Positions 51,070 to 62,601 of a stretch of 64,000 bases of DNA are shown here, in pieces. Every line of letters starts with the position of its first letter. Positions within the stretch are counted from its first letter, which is position 1. The position numbers and the translations under genes are program-made. The stretch comes from Botryllus schlosseri. Its lineage: Eukaryota. The DNA lies in the NCBI GenBank assembly GCA_051294905.1, contig CM119371.1:28088001-28152000 (forward strand), in the 5' to 3' direction. Below the pieces are notes generated by a model. The model made no database searches. It saw nothing but the letters and a program-made list of their open reading frames with translations, and was not told the DNA's origin.

Positions 51070-51126
51070 TGTATATTCTATATACTATTACGAAGACTCT
51101 GGGTAGAGCAAGAAAATAGCGTAGAC

Positions 51127-51813
51127 TAGTGCTTTTCAACCTTTTTGAGCTCCATTTGCACTTTTTTTGAAAAACAATTCAATTCGCACGAGCCAGCTGA
51201 AATTTATTACACAAAAAGAAAATGAAAAGCTTATCACTTTTGTATTTGTAGAGCTTCCTGTAGTTACAGAGTGTCATTATTTCACATTCAGCGTATCATA
51301 TTGTTGATTAATCAAATACTAAAATCACTGCAGTAGAAAAATCACAGATATCGCACTTCTGCTGTTCTCAAGGTCTTCGTTGCTTTTTCTGGGGGTATCG
51401 AGCAGTGATTTCTTTCGAAGCTTAAAGGGCGAACCCATGAACAATATTCACTAGCAACAATATCACTTTTCCACTAAATCGACTTGTTATGTCAACGTTA
51501 TATGAATGTGTGTGCCGAAATTCCAATACTTTGCATTCAAATCAACACTGGCATCGCCCACTATCACTTACAAGGTAGGGTTATCATATTTTTGATTCGG
51601 GTAAGGGGGACACTTATTCAAAGTTTTCAGAAATAGAATAGTGGATAAGTAGAATCCTGAAAAAAATGGTAAATTTTTCAGACTCAGTGGTCAACTTTCC
51701 AGTTCAACTCCGGAAATACAGTTATTCTTTCACACTTAACATTGGTTGACTATTTGGTTGAAATTATTTTCATTCGCACAAGTGCGAACCCTCACACAGG
51801 TTGAAAAGCACTT
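51127..51813. mobile_element. hAT MITE inside the Kolobok (contains a partial tagggttatcat MITE at 51576)
   Basis: agtgcttttcaacc / ggttgaaaagcact TIR. Confidence 0.7.
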
Positions 51814-53012
51814 TATGCTGTAGTCTGTAAAGCACTTTATTAGGTAGTCGTTTTTCGGGATAACAGTAATTTCTTATCCACAACACGAATACCACCAGTC
51901 AGGGTTCCCCATGAACATGACAAAATTCATGACATTAAAAACTGGTGTAGGGTTCGGGTACTGTAGGAAAATTTATCATGCCTAACCGAAATCCAACGGT
52001 ACGCAAACCTAACCTTAACCCACAATTCCGCGGCTGACCCTAAAACACATGTATTCATTATATTGTTATCATACTAATCCCCAAGCCATAATTTTACGAT
52101 ACCCTCATCTTATGATTCTCCAACCTGAATGCGAAACCAATTATGACCGATCTGAATTTTGAAATGTTCAGAGGGCACACTGATTGGTGATGGTAATGTT
52201 TTATACATACGACAACATAAGAATAGGACATGATCTATTCCTGCTCTCAAGAAATGTAATACACTAGGCCCAATTAAGAGAAAAATCTCCTGACTGAACA
52301 TCGTCAGTGGAACGCCGTATCTACACCATCTTGGCGTGTAAGTCATATTTCCTTCACAACATCGGCTGACAAGTGACAACTATCTAAAGTTCGTCCTCTG
52401 CGTGACTGCCTAGTGCAGTGGTTCCCAACCGGGGAGGAATTCCCCCCTTGGGGGGAATTTTGCAATTTTTAGGGAGGAATTTCACTTTAGAATTGTAACG
52501 GATTTCCCAAAATGTTCATGTCCGAACTGTCATGTTGGCAACCAGTTATATCAGAGCGTATGCTCCGTATAGCTGTTTTTTTGCTGAAAGTATGTTCAAA
52601 TGCTATTTGAAATCTCTTTCTCCCATACAAGTTCGCCCTTGTTTTTTTTTTGAACTAGTTCAGATGTGCTGCAGTTCGCAAGACAATTTTGTAGGCCAGC
52701 GACGGTCTCTCAATCAAATATATTCTAAGCGAGCAAATGTCGTGCCGAATCTATCACAGCAAGGCCTCTAACGAAAGTATTTATTTTATATTTTCATGTC
52801 AACATTTTCATAAAGTGACAAAATATTCCAACGTCATCGATTCAAGCCAAAGAGATCGCTAGCCTTGCTTTATTTTTAGTGAACAGCAACTCGATCGAAA
52901 AAATGCATGTCAAACTTGGTGCAATGTTGCCGAAACCGAATGAGTGTCCTAAATTTCAATGAGCTCAAGCAGGAAATCTGATCACGTGTATGTTATATAT
53001 CAAGGTATATAT

Positions 53013-53591
53013 CAGGGCTGTAACCAAGTCACGAGGCTCCGAGTCACAAGTCAATTTCACTTTCATAGTTTCGACTCGAGTCAAGTCGAGTCATTTTCAA
53101 TTCACCATTGAGTCAAGTCCGACGGTCCAAGTCACCGAGCATAGGGTCGAGTCCGAGTTATGGTATTATGACTCGAGTCCGAGTCCAATTCCTTGTGTTG
53201 ACTGCTCAGTTTCCAGTTAAAGTCTTGTTAAACTCACTTTTTATAACTCTGTTTGGTGATATTGAATGATTTTGATTTATAATATACTAATTTTCCTCAC
53301 TTTGAGCAGTTTATTGTCGCATTCTCAAGTACCAGGACCAATAGACGAAATTCCAATAGGAAGGTCACTTTATTGTTCTTCGAAATTACAATGAAATGTC
53401 GGTCTTGGCCGTCTTATAGTCACGAGTCATATGGCTTGGTTCGAGTCATGTACAATGACTCCAAGTCGAGTCAATACACAGATTGTCTCTAGTCGAGTCG
53501 AGTCGTTTCCCTAATTTTAGAAAATGACTCGAGTCAAGTCGAGTCATCAGAAAATGCTGACTCGAGTCCGACTCGAGTGTGGTCAATCCTG
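53013..53591. mobile_element. GACTCGAGTC-family hAT MITE
   Basis: cagggctgtaacc ... ggtcaatcctg; TSD gtatatat/ctatatat. Confidence 0.82.
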
Positions 53592-53816
53592 CTATATATG
53601 AAAATACCAATATTATTGGCCAATTGCATACGCACACTTGAGAAAAAAATCGCGAGACCAGCAAATTTATGCATACTGATTTTTCACAGCAGTTAGATTA
53701 GCGATTGGTGCATGATAAGCCGAAAACACAAATAGAAGTATGGGGGTCTGTTGAGTCAAGCCTTCCAGAATTTGTTTGATTGGGACCAAGACCATGGTTT
53801 TTGGAGGTCTACAAAG

Positions 53817-54712
53817 CAGACTTGGACAACTAGATAATTCTAGTTGTCTAATTTCACTAAATTAGAGCGAAATGCCAGTAATCTAATTCTAATCTAATTT
53901 GTGAAATGCTTCCATGCTCTAATTCTAATTCTAATCTAATTTGTGAAATGTTCTTACGCTCTAATTCTAATTCTAATCTAATTTGTGAAATGTCCGTATT
54001 CTCTAATTCTAGTTCTAATCTAATTATTGTTTTCCTGAAAATGCCTCTTTGTCCAAGGCATATTGCACTATTGCAGTGAGTTAAAAAGAATATCCCGATT
54101 GCGCAGGGAAATCCAGTGCCAAGCCACCATCGCCTTACTTACACCGTGCAGTCATAGTAGATATTATGACGAATATAGCCTGCTAGAGTAGCTTGTAGTC
54201 TGCGAACAACACTCTAGTTTCTAAAACTTTACGTTAGTACATCGCCATGCTGACTAACATGGACGATGCCCACGGTTACCATAAAAGAAGTAATATTTTA
54301 TTAAAGTATAGTAAAAATCGAGCCAAGCTTGGTGTACAGAAGTTAACCATTCTCATGTTTATGGGAATGCACTGTTGTTGTTGTTTATTAAACAAAAATA
54401 TGTGGCGCTTATCGCCTCACAGCCTTTTGCACCACGCACTGTGATTTGATGTGAACTGCATTTTGCTGTATTCATTTACCATATACAATTTCATTCAATT
54501 TCCAAGTTTTTGCAAACCAAGTATAGCTCTAATTCTAATTCTAATCTAATCTGGAAAAAACTTAGTAGCTCTAATTCTAATTCTAATCTAATTTGGAAAA
54601 ACTGTGCAGCTCTAATTCTAATTCTAATCTAGTTTGAAAAAAACTGTGGAGCTCTAATTCTAATTCTAATCTAATTCAGAAAAGCTGAAAATTTTCTAGT
54701 TGTCCAAGTCTG
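53817..54712. mobile_element. hAT MITE with (CTCTAATTCTAATTCTAATCTAAT) arrays
   Basis: 18-bp TIR cagacttggacaactaga; perfect TSD ctacaaag; ~42-bp tandem units near both ends. Confidence 0.93.
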
Positions 54713-56073
54713 CTACAAAGTATTGTTACAGCCCTGCTAGAAACAGACACTCCGTACCTCCGGTCTTATTCGTCGGTCAACAGGTGATTGCGCGGTAAAA
54801 AGTGACCTATTTTAATCATCGGGCAGATTTCTCCTAAGGGGGGAATTTTGGCTCAAATTTCGGCCAAGGGAGGCACGGGATGAAAAAGGTTGGGAACCAC
54901 TGGCCTAGTGCCTAATCGCGTCGAGCAAGTGCGACGATGAAGTCATCGTGCCATGTAACGGGTTAAGAAATTACCCGGAGCCGCGACAGCTGCAGCCGGG
55001 TGCGTTTCTGGAAATTTCAATAAATTGCAGCTCCATTACGGTGGCGTTCTGAAGAAAACGGCTGCGGCCAAATTTTTTTTTTCGTTTTGCCCTTCAATTT
55101 GAGACCACATCATTTTTTGGGCGCAGTGCCCCTTTAATGGCTAACTAAGTTCACGCCAATATAAGGTAGCAGTCGCAACAGGCTAACAACGGTCAACTCC
55201 CCAGGCTAATCTTATGTCGAAATACAATAACAATACAATCAAGTGAATCAACAGAACAATGCCAAATTACAACCTATCCTTCCTAATTCCTAGCTCAAAT
55301 AAATACAAATCACTCAATGAATCACATGAATAAGCAAACGACTGGCAGGCCAGGAAAATGTCTCTGAAACCACGAGGGCAAAGTCGCCACAATGGGCGCC
55401 AGTGAGCGTGATGGCTCATGTACAAAATGGACCATTTCTCGTGTTACAACAACATCACCTGACATATTTCGAACTTACAGTTGTCTTATTCAACCGTGAC
55501 CAACAGAGTAACAGCAATGTCAGTCGGTCTTTTATCGCATGTTCTTAAAGACTTTGCCGCGTACACTATTTATCCAAGCATTGGACGAATTCACCGACTC
55601 CACAGAGATTGCATAGCTAATTATATGGGTGCATTTTATCAAAGTGGATATATTTGCAGAGAAAATGCTGACTGGGCAAACGTGGAAGGGGGACCTGCCA
55701 AAACATCAACTTGACTATGCTAACTTCTGTAACTAGCCTGCAGCGCCCCCGTCATCGAATGAGAGGAGAAGGGTTAATTGGGTTGCTCAAAAATGACCCT
55801 AAACGCGAGACTTCTTGTCATATCACTGAGAGCTCAAAGTGATAATGACTCCATCACAAAAAATCACCATAATTTTATACTTCCTCGCTCTCGCTTTGAA
55901 ACACAGAGTTCGGATCTCCGGTGGAAGGGTTTTAAGGTGCATATACCGGCCCGTATTCGACTGGTAAATAGGCTACAGTAGCCTAAATTTAATAGTAGCC
56001 CACAATTATATGGTGATAATGTTCGGCGGCTAGCAGCGTTTTTTGTTGTTGAAATGCGGCCCACTATGCAAGG

Positions 56074-57510
56074 CAGGGCTTTGGAGCAGCCGTAAATTTG
56101 CATTGCTCCGGCTCCGGCTCCGGAGCTTTCTTCTATGGTACACTAGCTCCAGCTCCAGCTCCGGAGCCGCAATATTACCACTGCTCCGGCTCCAGCTCCG
56201 GCTCCGGGTCTATAAACCATCGAAGGTGCCTTTGTATATCTGGGGTGGGCATCCCGTGGCCTGCGGGCCATATGTGGCCCGCGAGAAGGTTTTGAGTAGC
56301 CCGCGAGCTAATTTCCCATTATATAATCGAAATCCTGTTATATTATCTAAATTGAATTGCTCAGATTGTGAACTTGCAATACCAACCAAAAATATGATTA
56401 GTCTGGCCGCAACACTTGGGATGTTGATGACTAACATATCAGTTCTGACGCATTGGCAGAGCCAGGGTCCAGTCACATTTCAAGTAAATCGTCGTACATT
56501 ACAATAAACTAAAAGAGCAGTAAAATTTTTCTTCACGTTTCGCGTGTTTAATTGTCACACGATTTCTTGCTTTGTAGCCTACCCCCACCTGAAAATGAAA
56601 AAACGTCTGATTTAGCCGATTGAGTCTAACTATACTCATCATTACTTGAGAAATTATTTTCGTGTTTGCGCTCGCAGAAAGATTATCGACGATGAAATGT
56701 ATAGGAACAAAATGATTGTCGTATATTAGCGGAAACTTCGACATCGATATGTCCAGATGCCGAATAGTCCTGTCCTTGCAAACTGAGCCCATAGCGGGCG
56801 GTATACAGTCGACGTGCAATATACCCAAGTAATAATAATATTAACTTTAAGAAATTTACGCGGCTGGTAGGCAGCGCACTCGTTCGTCAATTTCATGTGA
56901 CCCGTTAGCTGAAAAGGTTGACCACCCCTGGTCTAAGTAGATTACTTATTAACCCGTAGGTTAGTTATCTAGCCTATAGTAATCTTGAGTCTGTCAGCAA
57001 TCAGTAACATCGGATGCAGTAACGAATACATAGGTGTCGCCGTGTCGTCTTGTGGCGTCATAATGAATACTTGCCAATTGTCAGTAACACCATAGTTGCA
57101 CTAGAACGCACTTTACTCCATGCCATTGATGTGTACGGTATGAAAATTCTGACGCGGCGTTTTAACACTGGCACTGTATTCGTTAACATTAAGCCATACA
57201 GCTCAATTCAATCTTTAAATAAGCGATTATTATTCAATTGTAACGGTAGAAAGAGCAATATGGGCGGACATCACGACGTGATCAATAGAAATTCGATTTG
57301 TACCAAATGACCAATGGTTTGATGTTCGATATTGGTGCACTCGTTACCAGTCCATCCGCTGTCGATCAAGTTTATCGGAATATAATACCCCCCCCCCCCC
57401 CAAATAACTAGCTCCAGCTCCGGCTCCGGCTCCGGCTGAATTTTATGTAAAGCTCCGGCTCCAGCTCCGGTAAAAATGCACGGATACGGGGCTCCGGCTC
57501 CAAAGCCCTG
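56074..57510. mobile_element. Second copy of the GCTCCG-repeat hAT composite (with inner MITE 56240-56930)
   Basis: Perfect TIR cagggctttggagc; collinear with 30634-31136 plus 36208-36949; no matching TSD. Confidence 0.88.
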
Positions 57511-59649
57511 GTCACAGCTGTCTGCCGGTGTGGATAACGAATTCAGCCTCTGGTAGCAAAATTCGTCGATCTGATAGCCGTTTTGTGAGCTGAAACGGTA
57601 TGTCTAGATATGCCGCTGTCGTCTTCAAGTGATCGCGGTGGGTCGAATAGTGTTCGTAATGATGTCTCGTCGTCATGCCTTCGGGCAAGGGCGCCATCTG
57701 CACTCTATCTAGGTTGCGCTTTCTGTTTTGATGAGTATATTTAATCAACGCGCCTGTTCAAGCATGAAAGGGGTAGACAGGGATATCTAAATCTACTAGA
57801 TATCCCTGAGGGGTGGAGTTGATGGCGATCTCTGGGTCTCTAAGAATTTAGAACGCTGGCAGCAGCGTCGTGAATGAGAAGGGTTCGTGATGTTCTGTTA
57901 TGTTGTTGTGTTCTGCTCCTCTTGTTTAGATTTCTGTAGTTCTAGATTAGAATCAATTGAATGGTTTGAAAGTAAATCCTATCAGCTGAGATATTGGCAT
58001 AAGTTATATCATATCCGGTACGCAGTATTTATTTTATAATTTATATTGCTGCGCTATCTGTCTGGAATCGTTTTCTTTTTTTGTGTCGGTAATTCTATGA
58101 AACCAGGGGTTTCATTGCGGGTCTCTAATTATCGGTTTAGTTTCTGACTCTCACAGCATACACAGCATAATTGTCAGGTAGCGACATCTCATGTTGCAAT
58201 GCAATCTCTGTTACCAGGTAGAGACCGACAGGTGGATGCAGAACCGCAAATACACGCAACAACAGCACCTTGTTAGATTACTAGATACGAGTTATCCAAT
58301 CCCTTTACTACCACTCCTCCCTGGAGTAACAATATTCAATCTTTTGATTATATAGACGCTACCAGGCGTGTTTCGTGCAGATGTTTGAATATGACATTTA
58401 TACCACAACAGATATTGCAGTTAGTGAGACAGTTGCTCTCTGCGTTTTAACTCCTATTTATGATAGCCATGTTCTGGTTTCGTTTAATTTGCTACGTTTC
58501 AACTTCGATTGTTAAGCTTTTCGGATGAACGCTATTTATTAGTCATGCGCCTACCGATTATAGTCTGAAATTTAGTCTCGTCCAACTCTTTTCCATTTAC
58601 TATTATTAATTCGTGATCGCGAAATAAGTCAGCGAGGCATTCTTTTACAAACTACCCATTTAGTTAGTTGGCGGTCAACTAACTAACTGTTTTTTGAATA
58701 GTTCTCGTTTTAGTCCAAGTTACGGATTTTTCAAATTAAGTTGTTCTAGTCCTTGTTCCGAATTTTGAAAAGTGAGTAGTCCGACTTCTACTTCTAGTTG
58801 ATGATATTGGTAAGTAGTTCTAGTTGCAGATTTTGAAAATTCAGTAGATTTAGTTCTAGTTCTAGCTGCAAATTTGAAAAAACTATTAGTTGCCGAACAA
58901 CTAGAAAGCAAGTTATGTCGTCGTTATGCGTGAATCGCGAAACCGGTGCTCTGTTGAATGATATTTGTGCAGCCGTTACTGACTCGGAGCCATCACAAGT
59001 AGCAGTGGCGTAGCTAGCGAGTGTTTTATTTGGGTCGTAATCTCTCACATTTCAAACTCGGAATCCCGTCCCCTTGAAATGTCGATCATATATCTGATAT
59101 TTCCGATAAAATAAAAATTGATGTGTGGCCTAGGAGAATGAAATCCAGTAAAGTACGGAATTTAGAGTTAATGTACAAAAATAGTATTTATACCACGTAA
59201 TTATTCAGAAATAATTGTATACCAGAAACATTATTACCTCTTTTAAATCACACCAACCCCTAGACACGTCCTTCTATTAAGACACCAAAATGTATAGCAT
59301 ATTACAGCTTGGTCAATACGTCCTGAGCGGTGTCTTAGCTTGGTTAACTAGCTTTCTTGTGTTGGTAGTTTCTATGGCAGGTTTTCCGAAATTCGCCTTC
59401 ACGCAGCCTCCATAAATTACGACTTAAATTATTCCGTGTTATATCGGCTTTATTTTGAATCTAGAATACTCATCCGACTAACGTAGGCTACCTAACCACG
59501 GTGCATTAATAGACATTAAACACTAAACAGCCTTCAAAGTAAACGCATTCCCGGTTCAATTCATAAAGCCCATGGTTTTAGTACTTATCCAAATTCGAAA
59601 TTCCAGCAACTTTTCGCAATCCGGATTTGGCCCACGGGTCGTATATACC

Positions 59650-61834
59650 CAAAGGTAGTCAAAGTAAAGCTACTCATGTATGAGTAGAAGTACTTCGTCA
59701 ATAAGCCACCTAAAACTACATGAAGTAGAAGTAGAATTGACTGACTTTAAATCTACTGAAGTAAGTAAGCAGTTTTGAACACAGTCTTAATTCGTTCGCA
59801 TGGACTGTCAAAAGCTGCGAATTGAGCTATGCGGAAGATGCAGAAAGATTGATTGGTATTGATGCATCCCAGGAGGCATCAATTTTCGACAGAATAAGCA
59901 TTGTTTCACATCATGGGATGCAAATTATAGTATTGATATGAAAATGCGATACTAACCCTTTGTTTACTAGGAGACCCCATTTTAGAGAATATCACGGCAT
60001 GGTGCCCTACCCATATTATAAGGCCCCAAGTTTAGGCGAAGAGCAATACGTAGAAGCTGTATCGGATACGGTTTTATCACTTTGCGCGATCACTATACGT
60101 TAACCCTTCTAAAATCGGATTCCGTATACGGAATCGGTCAACTTCATCTGGCCATATCTTTATTTGTCTACGTCCTATAGGCTTCATTTTCGTTTGTAGG
60201 GAAAGCTAGCAATCTTCTGATTAATATAATACCTAATTCGAAGGCATAAGGCATGACAATTTTCGAGCACCGACGATCTTACATAAGGAGTTCGGCCGAA
60301 AATACGCATGCAGAAAAAAGTGGTTATCACCAAAAATTTCCAGATATTTTCCGAGTGGGAAATCTAGTCAAACATTCTGCCAGAACATCAGAAGTCGACT
60401 TGTACGGTGTTCTGTGTAATTTTTCACCGTCTCAAACATCAAAACTTGTTCTTGGAAGTATTCTGAAGGGGTTTGGTAATTGTGGTCACGCTTCGGTGAT
60501 TTTCCAGAACATAGTTAAGTTCGTGACCGAATATGAGTCATAAACTGGTTTACTATGCCTGCAAATGGCTGGATACGACAAGACAAAGTATACCACGTTG
60601 TTTCATGCCATTAACTGGGCGGTAGGGGTCTGATTCGGTATTGATCTTGAAGTTGACCATAGTGACCACTTACTGACCACACCCATATGTAAATTTTTCA
60701 TGTATTTTTGATTTTTCGATAACTGGCGAGCGGCATGGTCTACGGCCGTGGTTGACGGCTTGTTTGAAACCAGGCAACGGTGGCTACGCACTCATGCATC
60801 ATTTTTGACTCTCTGGCGCTATCCTGGGGGTCAGTCTTGAAAAATGAGAGAAAGAAAGAGATTTTTTAGAGAAAAAGTTTGTTTATTTAGTCTTATACAA
60901 AACCCTAGACATGTCTTGGGGTGTCGATCGAGGGCGGAAACGGTAGAGGGATATAGTCCGCCCACTTTTAAACTAAAACAGCCCAGAGTTAAGTCTTGCT
61001 GAGGTCACGGTATGAATTTGAAAAGTGATGGTCAGTTTCGCGAAAATTGACCCGATTTCAAAAGGGTTAATAATAAATATGTGAATCGTAAAAGTTATAT
61101 TTAGTGTAGCTTCATTTTCGGAAATTAGAGGCATTACTACACTTGCTTTTATACTTCAACATTTATGTTCTGCAGACAAAAGAACTGAACGTAATTAGAA
61201 CTCAAAGTATGATACTCGCAATTGAAAGTGAAACACAAATACCACTTCTAAAAAGCGGAAAATATATTTCATGTCTTTTGTCCATAAAGCTTTAAAGGTG
61301 ATCTGCTAAAAGCAGGTGTAACGTTAAAAAAAGCTGTATTTTTCAGATTAGCATGATACGTAATGGGCTGTTAGATTACAATATAATAGGTAAATGCTAG
61401 ATTGCGAAACGGTAGTTTCAAACGTTATGGAGGTGAAATATTTGATATGGGCGACAATGCGGTGTGAGCGGAACTGAGCAATCCGGAACCTAAATTATAC
61501 TCATTGATACTTTCGTCAAAACACATTTGTCACCCCATAATTACTGTGCGCGAAGCGCAACAAAATTTCTGGGCTTTTACTCGACTTTCATGAATATTAA
61601 ATGTTGGTACTCCATGAAAACAGTCCCGAAATTCCTCAGGCTATAATTCGTATTGGGGGATTAAACTACTTCTACTCGACAAACTGAAAATAGCGAAAAG
61701 TAAGTAAGTAGATCACAAAATATTACGAAGTAGAAGTATAGAAAATCAGATCTACTTGAGTAAGTACCAGAAGTTGAGGAAAACAACTTGAGTGCTTCCC
61801 AGAAGTAGAAGTACTTCGTTACTGACCACCTCTG
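59650..61834. mobile_element. hAT element with AGTAGAAGTAC repeats
   Basis: caaaggtagtca / tgaccacctctg; perfect TSD tatatacc. Confidence 0.88.
60104..61066. mobile_element. piggyBac-type non-autonomous element
   Basis: TTAA-cccttctaaaatcgg ... ccgatttcaaaaggg-TTAA. Confidence 0.85.
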
Positions 61835-62601
61835 TATATACCCACTACCCTTTTATGCCCTTTACCCTTATCTGCAAGCCGTTGGGGAACCCGTAATATT
61901 CAGTGAGTCACAGAAACATTAATCTACCACTTTATGCATCTAACTACACATATAGTGTCTCACTTAAATTGCGCGCTCGGAGAAACAGGTCAAAAGTGGC
62001 TGATGTAGTAAGTCTTCTTTTAGTAAATTGCAGATTTTTAAAGGTTGTTAGTTTTAGTTCAAGTTCTCATTGCGGGTTTGAAAAGTGAGTAGTTCTAGTT
62101 CTAGTTGCGTCCTTTAAAAAGTGAGTAGGCTATAAGTTCTAATTTTAGTGTCGAAGAGTTGATAGGTGTAGTTCTAGTTTTAGTCCTAGTTGCACTTTTT
62201 GAAAATCCAATAGTTTGTACAGGCCTGCCGCGAGGTAACGTCTGAAAATGAAGGCGTATGATGTTTGAATTCATAATATATAGAATAGAGTCACATAGAG
62301 CCAAGTCTTTGGTATTTTACTATGCGGTTGATATATGGGATCATCATAAGATCGGTTTCGTAAAATGTCATCCTTTTCCGATTCCAAGATAACCCTATAT
62401 AGTCACTGGCATCCTTGCATCATTGTGACAGGGGAAATTACATAACAACTATACGATACAGACTCTGTATGATCGCAAAAAATTATTTCGATTAGCACAC
62501 AACAATAAAACAAATCAATCTTGCTATTCAATGAAACGCAGATATATCGAATTGTATGCACCTCACAGTCATAGTCACAAACGTTTTTCGTCTAGTAAGA
62601 A

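Larger units (their letters stand above)
52416..54902. mobile_element. hAT element inserted in the Kolobok right TIR
   Basis: 15-bp perfect TIR cagtggttcccaacc; perfect TSD gcctagtg. Confidence 0.93.
48911..55133. mobile_element. Kolobok transposon
   Basis: TTAA TSD; AG(GGG) termini; ~250-bp near-identical TIRs (48911-49162 vs 52380-52415 plus 54911-55133); two convergent decayed genes. Confidence 0.92.
58638..62227 (-). mobile_element. Large non-autonomous hAT with (ACTAGA)n subterminal repeats
   Basis: Ends cattcttttacaaacta / tagtttgtacaggcctg; TSD cagcgagg/ccgcgagg. Body is the reverse complement of pieces of 43243-48110. Other copies start at 30378, 33696 and 5929, and one ends at 2703. 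Confidence 0.75.

Noticed and set aside
55420..57900. Possible Gypsy integrase scraps (GPFLV at ~55428 +; EIAINSTP at ~57810 -)
   Set aside because: Short motifs on opposite strands, with no LTR, PBS or RT domain seen; insufficient support.
58638..62227. Third, inverted copy of the segmental duplication
   Set aside because: Bounded by TIR-like ends and a 7/8 TSD, so better explained as a transposon copy.
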